NCBI RefSeq assembly: GCF_006345805.1 | Contig: NC_043006.1 | Span: forward strand, 47,926,001-47,990,000 | Direction of reading: 5' to 3' | DNA: 64,000 bases | Origin: Octopus sinensis | Lineage: Eukaryota | Shown here: in pieces, positions 61,970-64,000 of the stretch | Numbering within the stretch: position 1 is the stretch's first letter | Layout of the letters: each line of letters opens with the position of its first letter | The notes under the pieces: model-generated | Told to the model about the DNA's origin: nothing | Databases searched by the model: none | What the model saw: only the letters and a program-made list of their open reading frames with translations | Made by a program: the position numbers and the translations under genes

Positions 61970-62612
61970 TATGGGTGCAGAACATCACAAAAGGTAAACA
62001 ACATGAAATACGAAAACAACAGGAAATACGCGGCAAACATGGATATGCAAACATCGAGAGAAACAAGGGGAAAACAAAACAAGTAACATAAAGAAAAACC
62101 CTTCATCAGTTGCCAGCTTTTCATCTACTCCACATTTGAAGGGGAGAAAAAAAATAGACGAAGGATGAGAGAGAACAGTAGAGGGTAGAATCGCATCAGA
62201 ATTGCTAAGATGAACTTACTTGGAAAGGGAGGCGCGGCGTTCTATTATATAATAATATAAATAATATAAATAATAATATAAATAATATATATATATATAA
62301 ATAATATATATATATACACATACATATATACAGGTACATACACACACATACACCCCCCCACACACACACATATATATATATATATGCATATATGGGTACA
62401 GGGTATCACAAAACGAAAACAACATGAAGCCACATATTGTTGTGAATTGATCGAAATGTGGAGTAGATAAACAGCCGACAACTGATGAAGGGTTATACTT
62501 TATGTTACTTGCTTTGTTCCCCATTTCTTTCTCTCGTTGTTCACATACACAAGTTTGCCTCATATTTCATGTCGTTGACGTTTTGTGAAGTCCTGTACCC
62601 ATATATGTGAGG
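61970..62612. mobile_element. Inverted pair of a PLE-type terminal repeat (61970-62140 minus; 62445-62612 plus), plus a short direct copy at 62390-62430
   Basis: aaatgtggagtagat...gacaaCTGATGAagggtt...gtacccatat occurs on both strands. 62390-62612 has ~40-bp inverted ends. Confidence 0.7.
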
Positions 62613-62618
62613 GACCCA

Positions 62619-62668
<50 letters not shown>

Positions 62669-62889
62669 AATTAAGGACTGAACACGAAATGTGGACAGTC
62701 AACATGCTAGATATAGACGTCAAATCGCCATTCTCCACAAAAAGTCTATGTTCTCAGATCAAACTCAACACAAAACCAAAGCAATAAACAAGTGAAAAAT
62801 ATACGAAATAAATATTTACCCATGTACTAAATTTAGTTTCGGTTGTTATTTTCCGCAAGGAAAAGTGCAACCATCATCAGCATGGTCCC

Positions 62890-62934
<45 letters not shown>

Positions 62935-62989
62935 TCATGCACGCACCAGTTTTTGACTGTCTTACATTTTGAGTATCAATGACACATCA

Positions 62990-63340
62990 GCTCACTCGTC
63001 TGTATAAATTCGGCAGTGCTGGTTTAGGGATATTAGCTATACGATGTCGCTAGGTCGAATACGTATTTAATTATTAGTACTCTCAAATTTACAATTGAAA
63101 TACTACACTGAAGACTGAAATTAGTGAGTAAAAATAAAAATTTGACATCTCTTTAATCCAGAAACGCGTATGTGGATTCTCATCCGGGTGGATTCGCTAT
63201 TTTTCTCTTTACCTACCTGCGTGAATTGTGAGTATTGTTGTCTGGGTAGAGGAATCTTATGGTAGAGGAATAGCATTTAACTGGTATTTATAAATTTCAG
63301 TATGTGGTGATGCAATTTGCTGAACCCTAATTATAATTAT
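62990..63340 (+). mobile_element. Family G body, second copy
   Basis: Collinear with 57785-58135 (ctca.tcgtctgt...aattcgg.agt.ctgg...CTGAAGA...GAAAC...ccgggtggattcg...gagtattgttgtctggg...gctgaaccctaattataatt). Confidence 0.75.
63103..63175 (+). ncRNA. Type I hammerhead ribozyme-like motif with palindromic stem III (ACGCGT) and GUA site
   Basis: ctaca-CTGAAGA-c-tg...ca-GAAAC-GC-GTA-tgtgg. Stem I ctaca/tgtgg pairs with one G-U. Stem II is weak in this copy. Confidence 0.6.
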
Positions 63341-63360
63341 GCTTATATATTATTGGATGT

Positions 63361-63415
<55 letters not shown>

Positions 63416-63424
63416 ATATTGTAC

Positions 63425-63506
<82 letters not shown>

Positions 63507-63629
63507 GTAAGTATGTACATATATGTATGTATATGTGCATTACATATACAATATATATTATATTTATTATTATATGTATTGTATGATTGAAGACTACGCA
63601 TCCATTTCAAAAAGTAATTTTATCTCATA

Positions 63630-63686
<57 letters not shown>

Positions 63687-63870
63687 ATATATATATATAT
63701 ATATATAATACAGCATATTTTAATTGCCTCGACAACTGAAGTAATGCCGGTGTAGGTTTCCGCCCCGATATCCGAAATCGGAGTTTTATTATGGCAGCCG
63801 AATAATTATCACATATTATATTACAACTATGTTATATATATATAATATATATATATATAATATATATATA
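63340..63870. repeat. (TA)n tracts enclosing a single-arm copy (63726-63818) of the 16455-16688 fold-back family
   Basis: Directly visible. ggtttccgccccgatatccgaaatcggagttttattatggcagccgaataatt matches the 16591-16688 arm. Confidence 0.85.
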
Positions 63871-64000
63871 TGAAATGAAAGAGAGGCAAAGACAGATACG
63901 CAGGTATAATGACAGACTGATAGAGCGATAGAGAGAAAGTACCTTCTCTTAAAAGCGATATATAGCAATCATGCTGTGATACTAGATGTGTTCGTGTATA

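Overview
This is eukaryotic, AT-rich, non-coding (intronic or intergenic) DNA made mostly of microsatellites and transposable-element remnants. The repeat families match what I recall from Octopus genomes; the organism is an inference, not a database result. I recognise no intact host gene. Nearly all ORFs in the six-frame track are translated microsatellites, and the only host-like signal is a 34-nt candidate micro-exon at 30799-30832. Recognisable mobile elements: a 5'-truncated Penelope-like element (PLE) with RT thumb and GIY-YIG endonuclease (24031-25812, minus); a 5'-truncated R4/Dong-type RLE retrotransposon between (TAA)n tracts (17031-18388, minus); CR1, RTE and AP-endonuclease LINE remnants; a Tc1/mariner remnant and a 140-bp mariner MITE; a complete non-autonomous Helitron; and about 25 tRNA-derived SINE copies built from interchangeable head, central and tail modules (working labels A-F are mine). 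The most interesting signal is a recurrent composite element: tRNA-like Pol III head, (TAA)n linker, then a tail with a minimal type I hammerhead ribozyme of the kind found in PLEs (1498-1795, 40133-40551, and a headless copy at 2082-2245). A second, unrelated hammerhead-bearing fold-back family occurs at 57785-58135 and 62990-63340. Three local duplications preserve matched filled and empty insertion sites. There is a 100-N assembly gap at 38036-38135. All alignments and folds were done by eye, so boundaries are approximate unless a TSD fixes them.
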